DNA of 64,000 nucleotides from an uncultured Acidobacteriota bacterium (GCA_963711325.1 CAVQDR010000004.1:762124-826123); one strand, 5' to 3'; positions 19,155-28,626 are shown, counted from the first letter of the stretch. Numbers and translations: made by a program. Notes: generated by a model from the letters alone, not told the origin.

Positions 19155-20512
19155 ATGCGGCGACATAAAGAATGCGTCGTGATCGGCGCCGGCCTGGCCG
19201 GCTTGGCCGCCGCCTACCATCTCTCGCGAACGGCACTGCAAAGTAACGGTCCTCGAGGCGCGCGATCGCTTGGGTGGACGCGTTCTGACTCACCACTTTT
19301 GCGATGCTCCCGAACTGAATTGCGAATTAGGCGGCGAATGGATCGGTCACGATCACACGACTGATGCAGGCCCTGTGCAACGAGTTGAAGCTCGGCCTGC
19401 AGAAACACCATATGCCAATTCGTTCTGGAACCAGTTGACCCCGGCGAATCTCATCCCGCCGGGCCAGTGGTGCATGTCGGCGGAGGCGCTCGCGATCTGG
19501 GAAAAGTTTCAGACCGATTTTATGAAGCTTTGGCCCCAAACGCCTCAAGGAATTGGATTCGATCGACTGGTGGACCCAACTCAAACAACTCGGTTTTCAA
19601 CCGGAAGACTTGCTCCGCCGCGACATGATGGACAGCACCGACTTCGGCGAAACCATCCGCATGAACTCCGCCTACACCGCCGCCACCGAATACCTGAACA
19701 GCAAGACCAAAACAGGTCGACGACACCGACGAAATGGATTTCAAGGTTCGAGGAGGGAACTCTCGCCTCATCGCAGCTTTGGCCAAAAAAATCGGAAGTA
19801 AGAACATTCGAACCGAACAAATCGTCGTCGGCATCGGAGAAATTAACAGCGCATCCACGTGCAACGTCCAAGGCGCCGGCGCTCCCATCATCGCCGACTA
19901 CTGCATCTGCGCCATCCCGGCACACTGCATGATCGATATCGATTGGGGCAAAAAAAATCGTCCCACCAGGCACTGGATGCAGCCGCACAATTGCAATACG
20001 CCCGCATCACCAAAACGGCGGTGCTCTGCGCCGAACGATTTTGGCCCGAGCCCGAATCCGGTGGTTATTCCGTTTGCACCAACCTTGCTTCCGATTTCTG
20101 CTTCGACAGCACCTTTGGGCAGAATGGAAAGAAGGGCAGGAAATACAAGAAGGGCATCCTGTGCAGCTACGCCGTCGGCGACAAAGCGGTCGACATCGCC
20201 TCGTCTCCACAAGACAAACTAAAATATTGGATCGTCGAAGACGTGGCCAACGCCAACGGCCTGAACTGGAGCGCCAACGACAGCAAGACCATCGCTCTCG
20301 ATATGCAGCAGCAGGCCTGGCAGGCCGATCCGTTCACCCGCGGCGCCTACGCCTTCTATCGCCCGGGCCAATGGTTCACCGTTCGCAATGCGCTCCGCAA
20401 ACGTTTCGGTCGCGTCTTTTTCGCCGGCGAGCACATCGCCGACTGGCAGGGCTTCATGGAAGGCGCCGTGCAAACCGGATATGCTGCCGCGAAAGCCGTA
20501 CTAAAAGCCTGA
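19155..20512 (+). pseudogene. Flavin-containing amine oxidase (MAO/LAAO-like), disrupted by at least 6 frameshifts
   Basis: Coherent ~450-aa protein only when five overlapping track ORFs plus one unlisted short segment, spread over three frames, are spliced. N-term: MRRHKECVVIGAGLAGLAAAYHLS / HCKVTVLEARDRLGGRV...GGEWIGHDH / RLMQALCNELKLGLQKHH. Middle: SFWNQLTP...FMKL / PKRLKELDSIDWWTQL...EYLNSKTK / VDDTDEMDFKVRGGNSRL...IDW. C-term: SSHQALDAAAQLQY...RVFFAGEHIADWQGFMEGAVQTG. Shift sites are near 19229, 19356, 19417, 19531, 19711 and 19950. Confidence 0.85.
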
Positions 20513-20580
20513 ATCTCGACGTCACTCTAACAGATAGTCAATCGCTGGTTGAGCCGCCAGTTTTGCTAGAATCGGTTCAC

Positions 20581-20657
20581 GACCCCGTAGCTCAATCGGA
20601 TAGAGCGCCAGCCTTCTAAGCTGGATGTTGTCGGTTCGATTCCGACCGGGGTCGCCA
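20581..20657 (+). tRNA. tRNA-Arg (anticodon TCT), CCA encoded
   Basis: Hand-folded cloverleaf: acceptor GACCCCG/CGGGGTC, D arm GCTC-AATCGGATA-GAGC, anticodon arm CCAGC-CTTCTAA-GCTGG, variable ATGTT, T arm GTCGG-TTCGATT-CCGAC, discriminator G plus CCA. Confidence 0.93.
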
Positions 20658-20845
20658 CCTGCTCTCCGCATCAGGGTCCTGCGCCGAAGCCCACAGCTTT
20701 CCGGTACTGCCGGTACTCGATCGCCCTCAAATAAATATTTTCCGCGACCGTGATGTTTTCTGGTTTATCGTCACCCTCAATCGAGGCGCCGCGCGGGGAA
20801 TCAGTCTGTCTAGCGCCGATGGCAGCCTTCATTACGGAGTCACCC

Positions 20846-23800
20846 ATGAATCGGAAGAATTCGCAGATGCGGCGTTTCGCCGGCCTTGGCCTTCTGGCTG
20901 TGGCGTCCATTGTTGCGGGCGGTTGGGTTGGCTGCAGTGGTGGGATCGGCATCGGCCCGATCAATGACGCCACCACTGAACTGGACCCTGGCCCATTTTC
21001 GGATTCAGGTGCTGTCGCGATCAACACGCACCATTCACACTCAGCCGCCAGAAAGCGCCGTGTCACTTCAGCCCACCGCCCCGCCGTTACGCCCGCTGTA
21101 ACTCCCCAGCCATCCCTCGCCCCATTCTTTGGAAATCTGTCCGTCGTCTCGAGCCCTACGACCGGCCTGTTCTTGCAGCGGCAGAGCAACTGTTCACTGA
21201 CCTTTACCGACTACTCGGAAAACGTAGTCGGCAACATGGTAGATGTGACCATGAGCACGATGACGCCGGGTTACGAGAAGGTCATTCACGACAGTGCGTT
21301 TCTGACTACTACCCCGGATGTGTTTCCGAACGGCTGCGTGGACGTCAACCAGGGCGTAGCGTCGCAAATCTACGTCTATTTGGGCCCGAGCAAGACCGCC
21401 GGGGAATTCTTGGTCGCCACCGCGGCGAGCGGGAACGTAGACACCTTCCAGGCTACCGGCCAGCAGATGACCTTCGCGCTGTCTACTCAGGCCACCGACT
21501 TTCCCGCAGTCACGCTCGCCAGCGGAGACCTGAATAAAGATGGCGCGCAGGATTTGGTTTCGTTCAACACCGATGGGCTCAACTCTTCAGTGAGCATCAT
21601 TCTGGGAAACGGCGATGGCACCTACAAACCGGCTACCAACCTGGACCTCCCGAATCAGGTCATTCAATTCGGAGCCGTCGATGATGTGAACAATGACGGA
21701 AAATTGGACGTAGTTGTCAGCGGCGGCGCCGGTTTCCTGGTTTATTTGGGCAAGGGTGACGGAACTTTTCAGTCGCCTGTGACCGTCGCGCCTGCCAATG
21801 GCAATTTTTCGTTTAACTCTTATTTGATCACCGCGGATGTAAACCATGACGGTGTGAAGGACATCATCGCTGCCAACGGGCAAGTGTTCTTGGGCCAGGG
21901 CAATGGCACCACCTTTACCGTAGTGACAAATTCCGGTTTGCCTTCCACTCAAGGTTCCAGCCGATTCGGTCCCGGCATGATTGCCGCGGATTTCAATGGC
22001 GACGGTAAATTGGATTTCGCGACCGATGATGGCGCCACCGTCCACACCTACCTCGGCAACGGCGATGGCACCTTCAAAACCGGTCCAGCCTACGCCACCA
22101 TTCCCAACCGCGGATATCTGATCGCCACCGATATCGACGGCGATGGCAACCTGGACATTTTTAGCGCATACACCGGAAACGGAGCATATGCAGGCGACGA
22201 CTTTATTCAGAATCAGGTCTACCCGCTGATGGGCAACGGCAACGGCACCTTCCAAGGCGCTCCCAGCCTGCCTTTCAAATACACCGGCACCAATCTGCTG
22301 GATTTGAACAATGATGGACGGCCGGATTTGGTTGACTTGCCTCTGAACTCAATTCAGACAACGCTCACCACCTATCTGACCGGAGCGAACGGAATTCCGG
22401 TCGCTGGGCCGTCGCAACCCATTTCGACTCCCAATGGTGTCGACTCCTTTGCGCTCGGGGACTTCTCCGGAGACAAGATTCCAGACTTGATTTATCTCAG
22501 CGCCGGTCCACAGATACAGTTGTTTAATCTAGCCATCGGGATCGGCGACGGCAGTTTTGCGGTACCGACCTCGTTCCCAGTGCCCAGCCTGGTCCCTGCC
22601 GGTCTCGATATCAATGAGTCGCTGACCGGCGTGCGCGCTGCGGATTTCAATCACGACGGCAAAATGGACATTGCCTACAGCTTCTCGGACCAGTCCAGCA
22701 CCACCCAGCTTTTCTACGAAGGATTTGCCGTGCAGTTGGGCAACGGCGACGGAACATTTCAGCCGCCGCAAATTGTTTACACTTACCAGAATGCGAACGC
22801 GCCTGCCGTTTTTCCCAGCAACATGCTCAGCGCGATTTACGACGTCACCAAGGATAGTTTCCCCGACGTTTTCATGGTGTTGCCAACCGTAATCGCCAAC
22901 GGAGAGGCCCAGCATCAGGTAATGCTCTTCGTCGGTAATGGCGACGGCACCTTCAAAGCCCCGAACACCATCACGGTCACGCCCAACGTCTTGCCCTCGA
23001 CTCCCGATGGAGGCTTCGGTTCTCCCTTTGCCTTTGCCGATTTGAATGGCGACGGCAAGGTGGACATGGTGACCGGAGGTGCGTCAACAGACGGCACCAC
23101 TCCCCAATTAGCTATCACCCTGGGCAACGGCGACGGAACTTTTCAGCCGCCGACGATTCTAAACTTCAATGGTTTCGGCTTTGTCGACGGAGTGGTCCTC
23201 GCCGATTTCGATGGCGACGGAAAAATCGATTTGGAAGTTCAAACTGGGATCGAAGGCACCGGCACTGGAATCTTCCCGGGCAAAGGCGACGGCACCTTTA
23301 CCACCATTCCAAATGGCGATGGCACCGTTTCAAGCGTCCTCCAAATTCCCTTAGCCGCATTTGGCAGCGCAGTCGCCGTCGATCTGAACCACGACGGCGC
23401 GCCGGATTTGTTTTCCGGCGGCGTAGTGCTGCTCAACAAATTCAATTCGATAGCTCCGGTCCTCGCGCCCACCAGCACCGCGATTTCGTCCTCGCTGAAT
23501 CCTTCCACTTCCGGCGCAAGTGTCACCTTCACCGCTACAGTAACTTCGACCACGGCCGGAACTATCACCGGCACGGTCACCTTCCTCGACGGCGCCAATA
23601 CGATTGGCATGGGCACGGTCGGCGCCGGCGGCGTCGCCACCTTCATGACCTCAACGCTCTCGGTCGCCTCCCATTCCATCACCGCCCAATACGGTGGCGA
23701 TACCAACTTCGCGACCAGCACTTCGCCGGTAGTAACGCAGGTGGTTAACGCCGGAAGCAAAGCCTCAACCACGACCGGTGTCACTTCGTCGCCGAATCCT

Positions 23801-24610
23801 TCCACCTCCGGCGCGAGCGTCACCTTCACCGCGACGGTCACTTCCGCAACCGCCGGAACCATCACCGGCACGGTCACGTTCCTCGACGGCGCGACCAGCT
23901 TTGGCATGGGGACCGTCGGCGCCGGCGGCGTGGCGACTGCCATGACGTCATCGCTCACAGCCGGGAACCATTCCATCACCGCGCAATACGGTGGCGATAC
24001 GAACTACGCTGGAAGTACCTCGTCCGCAGTAATGCAAACCGTGAACGCTGCCGCGACGGGAGACTTCAGTGTCTCCGCCAATCCCACCAGCGTAACCGTA
24101 GCCGCTGGCCAGACCGGCATGACCGCGCTCTCCGTGATGCCGCTAAACGGCTCGACCCAAACTGTTACCTTCACTTGCGCCGGATTACCCGCCGGAACGG
24201 CCTGCGCCTTCTCCTCACCCTCCGTCACGCTCGACGGCACGCACACCTCGATGGCTCAAGTAATGATCACCACCACCGCGCCCGGTGCAACCACGAATGT
24301 ACGTAGCGGTGCGATCGGAGGCGGCCGCAGCCCAGCAACGCCGCCTTCGATCGCCACCGTCCTCGGAATTTTGTCGATGGGTTTCGCGGGAATTTTCGGC
24401 CTGGCGTTGCTGCGTCCGCGCCACGCCAAACTGCGTGTGGCCTTCGCGCTTCTCACGCTCGCGATTCCCGCAGCGGTTCTAGTCGCCTGCTCCGGTAATC
24501 CCGGCGGCACCACCGGCGGAGGCACCCCGGCCGGTACCTACACCGTTTCGGTCTCGGGCGCCTCCGGCACAGACTCCCACAGCGCGCCAGTAACGCTAAC
24601 CGTGAATTAG
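20846..24610 (+). CDS. Giant FG-GAP/VCBS-repeat lipoprotein with tandem Ig-like domains and a C-terminal TM hairpin
   Basis: Start reassigned to ATG 20846 (MNRKNSQMRRFAGLGLLAVASIVAGGWVGCSG, lipobox-like). More than 10 FG-GAP motifs (DLNKDGAQD, DVNNDGKLD, DFNGDGKLD, DIDGDGNLD...). Two 99-aa Ig-like repeats. C-terminal module described in findings. Confidence 0.88.
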   Translation: MNRKNSQMRRFAGLGLLAVASIVAGGWVGCSGGIGIGPINDATTELDPGPFSDSGAVAINTHHSHSAARKRRVTSAHRPAVTPAVTPQPSLAPFFGNLSVVSSPTTGLFLQRQSNCSLTFTDYSENVVGNMVDVTMSTMTPGYEKVIHDSAFLTTTPDVFPNGCVDVNQGVASQIYVYLGPSKTAGEFLVATAASGNVDTFQATGQQMTFALSTQATDFPAVTLASGDLNKDGAQDLVSFNTDGLNSSVSIILGNGDGTYKPATNLDLPNQVIQFGAVDDVNNDGKLDVVVSGGAGFLVYLGKGDGTFQSPVTVAPANGNFSFNSYLITADVNHDGVKDIIAANGQVFLGQGNGTTFTVVTNSGLPSTQGSSRFGPGMIAADFNGDGKLDFATDDGATVHTYLGNGDGTFKTGPAYATIPNRGYLIATDIDGDGNLDIFSAYTGNGAYAGDDFIQNQVYPLMGNGNGTFQGAPSLPFKYTGTNLLDLNNDGRPDLVDLPLNSIQTTLTTYLTGANGIPVAGPSQPISTPNGVDSFALGDFSGDKIPDLIYLSAGPQIQLFNLAIGIGDGSFAVPTSFPVPSLVPAGLDINESLTGVRAADFNHDGKMDIAYSFSDQSSTTQLFYEGFAVQLGNGDGTFQPPQIVYTYQNANAPAVFPSNMLSAIYDVTKDSFPDVFMVLPTVIANGEAQHQVMLFVGNGDGTFKAPNTITVTPNVLPSTPDGGFGSPFAFADLNGDGKVDMVTGGASTDGTTPQLAITLGNGDGTFQPPTILNFNGFGFVDGVVLADFDGDGKIDLEVQTGIEGTGTGIFPGKGDGTFTTIPNGDGTVSSVLQIPLAAFGSAVAVDLNHDGAPDLFSGGVVLLNKFNSIAPVLAPTSTAISSSLNPSTSGASVTFTATVTSTTAGTITGTVTFLDGANTIGMGTVGAGGVATFMTSTLSVASHSITAQYGGDTNFATSTSPVVTQVVNAGSKASTTTGVTSSPNPSTSGASVTFTATVTSATAGTITGTVTFLDGATSFGMGTVGAGGVATAMTSSLTAGNHSITAQYGGDTNYAGSTSSAVMQTVNAAATGDFSVSANPTSVTVAAGQTGMTALSVMPLNGSTQTVTFTCAGLPAGTACAFSSPSVTLDGTHTSMAQVMITTTAPGATTNVRSGAIGGGRSPATPPSIATVLGILSMGFAGIFGLALLRPRHAKLRVAFALLTLAIPAAVLVACSGNPGGTTGGGTPAGTYTVSVSGASGTDSHSAPVTLTVN
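23470..24060 (+). repeat. Intragenic tandem duplication (2 x ~297 nt) encoding two Ig-like domains
   Basis: NPSTSGASVTFTATVTS(T/A)TAGTITGTVTFLDGA...HSITAQYGGDTN occurs twice with period 99 aa. The DNA is also highly similar (aatccttccac(t/c)tccggcgc(a/g)ag(t/c)gtcaccttcacc). Confidence 0.8.
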
Positions 24611-24620
24611 GGCGGTTGCT

Positions 24621-24662
24621 TTTCCGGGTGCCGCACTCTTTGCGGTTTTTGCAAAGGGTGCG
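24621..24662. repeat. REP-like hairpin element, family A (copy 2), probable terminator
   Basis: tttccgggtgccgcactctttgc-ggttttt-gcaaagggtgcg starts 11 nt after the FG-GAP stop codon. Same core as 4470..4515. Confidence 0.7.
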
Positions 24663-24803
24663 CAACGTCTCGCCCTGCGTAACACTTGAACCGCGTTCTG
24701 GGGAGCGGCGAATGCTTTGATGATTCGCTCCTTCCGCCCCGCCCCGCTTTGCTATATAACTGTCACGCCTAATTCCATCCAGGCCATTCGTATCGGAGGT
24801 TGA

Positions 24804-26183
24804 GTGCACGTTCCGGGTCCCACAGGTTCTGACAGTTCCAGCAACGCAGCAGCGCACTCCTCAGCCTACGTAATTCTTCTCGCTACCATCGCCGCCATCT
24901 CCGGCTTTCTCTTCGGCTATGACACCGCCGTCATCAATGGCGTCCTCTTCTTCCTGCGCAAGCAGTTCTCCCTCTCCAATCTCGAAACTGAAGTCGCTGC
25001 CAGCGCCCTCCTGCTCGGCTGCCTCATCGGCGCCGCCGGAGCCAGCCTGCTCAGCGACCGCTACGGCCGCAAAAAGTCTTTGATCTTCGCCGCACTGCTT
25101 TTCTCCGCCTCCGCCGTCGGCTCGGCGCTGGCCAATACCGTGAACGTCTTTTCCGTCGCGCGCTTTCTTGGCGGCCTCGCCATCGGCCTGGCCTCCGCCC
25201 TCACTCCGGTCTACATCGCCGAAATCGCGCCGTCTAAAAATCGCGGCGTGCTCGTCTCTCTCAACCAACTCGCCATCGTCGTCGGAATCCTTTTCGCTTA
25301 CCTGATCAACTGGCAACTCGCCAAGCTCGGCGATTCCAGTTGGCGCTGGATGCTCGCCGTTGCCGCCGTGCCTTCTCTCGTATTTTTCTTCGGCCTCCTC
25401 GTCATCCCCGAAAGCCCGCGTTGGCTCATCGCCCGCGGCCGCAACGACGAAGGCGAACGCGTCCTCACCCGCATCTTCGGTTCCACTGAAGCAAAAATTC
25501 AGGTCGCCGATATCGAACACGCGGTCAAAGGCGAAGCCGGCTCCTGGTCCGAAGTTTTCGAACCGGACATGCGCAAACGCCTTGGCGTCGCCATCGCCCT
25601 CGCCATCTTTTCTCAGGTCACGGGTATCAACACGGTCCTCTATTACGGCTCCATCATCATCAGCGAACATTTCAAGGGTCAAAGCACCAGCACCGCGCTC
25701 GCTGCCAACGTCCTCATCGGCGGCGTCAATCTCGTCTTCACTCTCGTGGCCATGGCCTTCCTCGATCGCATCGGTCGCCGCGCCATATTAATGATCGCCA
25801 GCGGGGGCATGGGCCTCTCCCTCGCCGCTCTCGTGATCTGCCTCTCGCTCCCCGCCGTCTCGCCCATCGTCATGCTTTCCTGCATCATGTTTTACGTCGC
25901 TTCCTTCGCCTTCGGTATGGGACCCGGCGTCTGGCTCTACATGTCCGAAATTTTCCCCACCAAAGTTCGCGGCCGCGCCGCCGCTCTCACCACCTCCACA
26001 CTTTGGGCCGGCACGCTCGTCGTCACTTTTACTTTCCTCTCGCTCGTAAAAACTCTCGGCATCGGCGGCACCTTCGCTATTTACGCCGCGCTCTGCTTCG
26101 TCTGCCTCATCTACGTCTGGCGCATCGTCCCCGAAACCCGCGGCCGCACCCTCGAGCAGATCCAGGAACACTGGGGCCGCTAG
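24804..26183 (+). CDS. Sugar porter family MFS transporter
   Basis: GTG start with GGAGG RBS. GFLFGYDTAVING, DRYGRKKSL, PESPRWL and PETRGRTLEQI are the classic sugar-porter signatures. 12 TM. Confidence 0.9.
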   Translation: MHVPGPTGSDSSSNAAAHSSAYVILLATIAAISGFLFGYDTAVINGVLFFLRKQFSLSNLETEVAASALLLGCLIGAAGASLLSDRYGRKKSLIFAALLFSASAVGSALANTVNVFSVARFLGGLAIGLASALTPVYIAEIAPSKNRGVLVSLNQLAIVVGILFAYLINWQLAKLGDSSWRWMLAVAAVPSLVFFFGLLVIPESPRWLIARGRNDEGERVLTRIFGSTEAKIQVADIEHAVKGEAGSWSEVFEPDMRKRLGVAIALAIFSQVTGINTVLYYGSIIISEHFKGQSTSTALAANVLIGGVNLVFTLVAMAFLDRIGRRAILMIASGGMGLSLAALVICLSLPAVSPIVMLSCIMFYVASFAFGMGPGVWLYMSEIFPTKVRGRAAALTTSTLWAGTLVVTFTFLSLVKTLGIGGTFAIYAALCFVCLIYVWRIVPETRGRTLEQIQEHWGR

Positions 26184-26456
26184 CAAAACCTTCGGAGAAG
26201 CTCCTTCCGTCGCGCCCGTACCGTTGAATCCCGCATCTTTCGGTGCTAGCATCCGGCTTTCCGCAGGGTCATGCGCGCAACCGCCGGAGGGCGGCGCCGT
26301 GATGTTTGTCTCCTACATCTCGAATTTCCTCACCGTCCCAAACAGTTGCGAAATGCCTATTTCGGCGCCAACTTGCGCTGGTTTGCGCCGTCCTGCGCAC
26401 CGCCCAGTCCGCATCCGCTTTTCTTTCCATCCGCTTACATTCCTCGGAGGTCAAGA

Positions 26457-28607
26457 ATGAAACCCTACACCACAGATTGGATTCGCAACGTCGGCATTGT
26501 CGGCCACGGCGACACCGGTAAGACCCAACTGGTCTCGTCGTTGCTTTTTGCGGCCGGCATGACGCCGCGGTTGGGAAAAGTCGCCGAAGGTTCCGCCATC
26601 ACCGACTGGGACGAAGAAGAAATCGCCCGCAAAATTTCCATCAATACCGGAATCGCCCACGCCGAATGGCAGGCGCCCGCCCAGCCCCAGAAAACAAAAA
26701 TCAATCTCCTCGATACTCCCGGCTACTCCACCTTCATCAACGAAACGAAATCTTCCCTCATCGCCGCCGATGCCGCGCTCATCCTGGTCGACGCCGCCGC
26801 CGGCGTCCAAGTCGTCACCGAAAAAGTTTGGGATTACGCCGCCGAATACGATCTGCCTCGCGCCTTCCTCTTGAATTGGATGGACCGCGACCTCGCCAGC
26901 TTCGAACGCGCCCTCGATTCCGTCCAGCAGGTCTTCGGCCGTGGCGTGGTCCCCATTCAATTGCCCATTGGCTGGGAACGCGGCTTCCGCGGCGTGGTCG
27001 ATCTCATCACCATGAAGGCGCTGATCTATACGCCCGACGGCAACGGCATCGCCAGGATTGAAGAAATTCCCCAAGCTCTCGCCGACGAAGCCAAGCAAGG
27101 CCACGAAACACTAGTGGAATTGGTCGCCGAAGGAAATGACCAGTTGATGCAGGAATTTTTCGATCAGGGCACGCTGCCCGTTCACGATCTGGTCATGGGC
27201 CTGCGCGAAGCCGTCATCGCCAAGCGCCTGTTCCCGGTGATGCTCTCGTCTGCGCTTCACAATATCGGCAGCGACGCGATCCTCAATCTCATGGTCGCGA
27301 TTTTCCCCTCGCCCGCCGTCCGCGCCAAAACCGAATGTCATGCCACGCCGGATCACCAGGGCGAAATCGTCCACCGCAATATCTCCGCTTCCGAACCTCT
27401 CGCGCTTTTCGTTTTCAAAACCGTCGCCGATCCCTTCGCCGGCCGCATCAACTATTTCAAAGTGATCTCCGGCGTCCTTAAAAACGACGCCACCGTCACC
27501 AATTTCCATCGCGGCTCAGCCGAACGCTTCCAGCACATCCAGGCCATGCAGGGAAAATCCAGCTACGAAGTCCCCGAACTCCACGCCGGAGACATTGGCT
27601 GCATCGCTAAACTGAAAGACACCACCACCGGCGAAACTCTCGGTGACCGCGCCGCTCCGGTCTTTCATCCGCCCGCGCGCATTCCCGAACCCTCCATCAC
27701 TTTCGCCGTCGAACCCAAAACCCGCGCCGATGAAGACCGCATCGGTGTCGCCATTCACAAAATTCTGGAGGAGGACCTCGCCCTCCGTTTCGGCCGCGAC
27801 CCGCAGACCAAGGAATTTCTGCTCAGCGGCGCCGGCCAGCAGCACATCGAAGTCGTCGTCGCCAAACTCCGCAAGCGCTATCACGTTGAATTGGTCATGC
27901 ATCCGCCTAAAGTCGCCTACCGCGAAACCATTCGCGGCAAAGCCGACGCCGAAGGCAAACACAAAAAACAAACCGGAGGCCACGGCCAGTTCGGGTTGTG
28001 CCGAATCAAACTCGAGCCGCTGCCGCGCGGGAAGGGAATTGAATTCGTCGACGATGTCTTCGGCGGAGCCATCCCTCGCAACTGGATTCCTTCCGTCGAA
28101 AAAGGCCTTCGCGATTCCGCCGAACGTGGTTTCCTCGCCGGTTTTCCCGTCGTCGATTTTCGCGCCACGCTCTACGACGGCAAATATCACGACGTCGATT
28201 CCAGCGACATGGCTTTCAAAATCGCCGGCTCCCTGGCCTTCAAAGAAGCCATGAAGCAGGCCCGCCCCGCGCTGCTCGAGCCCATCATGCAGGTCGAGGT
28301 CTACGCGCCCGACAAATATTCCGGCGACCTCATGGGCCACCTCAGCGGCCGTCGCGGCAAAATCAATGGCAGCGAATCCCGCGCCGGCAACGTCGTCATC
28401 AAAGCTCTCGTCCCGTTCTCCGAAATGCTCAGCTACGCCAACGAACTGACCTCGCTAACCCAGGGCCGCGGCAGCTATTCCATGGAATTTTCCCACTACG
28501 ATTACGTCCCCACCGAAATCGCCGAAAAAGTAATCGCCGCCCATAAACCACACCACGCCGGAGACGAACCAGAAGAAAGAGAAAACCACCGCGCCGCCTC
28601 CGCCTAG
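26457..28607 (+). CDS. fusA: Elongation factor G paralog (EF-G2-like)
   Basis: Start reassigned to ATG 26457 (GGAGG RBS). G1 VGHGDTGKTQ. G3 DTPGYSTF (Tyr where canonical EF-G has His). NWMDRD (NKxD-like). Domain IV/V conserved (KKQTGGHGQFG, YHDVDSSDMAFKIAGSLAFKEA). Not in a str operon context. Confidence 0.88.
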   Translation: MKPYTTDWIRNVGIVGHGDTGKTQLVSSLLFAAGMTPRLGKVAEGSAITDWDEEEIARKISINTGIAHAEWQAPAQPQKTKINLLDTPGYSTFINETKSSLIAADAALILVDAAAGVQVVTEKVWDYAAEYDLPRAFLLNWMDRDLASFERALDSVQQVFGRGVVPIQLPIGWERGFRGVVDLITMKALIYTPDGNGIARIEEIPQALADEAKQGHETLVELVAEGNDQLMQEFFDQGTLPVHDLVMGLREAVIAKRLFPVMLSSALHNIGSDAILNLMVAIFPSPAVRAKTECHATPDHQGEIVHRNISASEPLALFVFKTVADPFAGRINYFKVISGVLKNDATVTNFHRGSAERFQHIQAMQGKSSYEVPELHAGDIGCIAKLKDTTTGETLGDRAAPVFHPPARIPEPSITFAVEPKTRADEDRIGVAIHKILEEDLALRFGRDPQTKEFLLSGAGQQHIEVVVAKLRKRYHVELVMHPPKVAYRETIRGKADAEGKHKKQTGGHGQFGLCRIKLEPLPRGKGIEFVDDVFGGAIPRNWIPSVEKGLRDSAERGFLAGFPVVDFRATLYDGKYHDVDSSDMAFKIAGSLAFKEAMKQARPALLEPIMQVEVYAPDKYSGDLMGHLSGRRGKINGSESRAGNVVIKALVPFSEMLSYANELTSLTQGRGSYSMEFSHYDYVPTEIAEKVIAAHKPHHAGDEPEERENHRAASA

Positions 28608-28626
28608 CATCGTAAGGTCTTTACGA

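Noticed and set aside
20581-24610. Genomic island integrated at tRNA-Arg
   Set aside because: There is no integrase, and by eye I found no direct repeat of the tRNA 3' end. Downstream genes (FG-GAP giant, MFS, EF-G2) have the same composition as the rest of the window.
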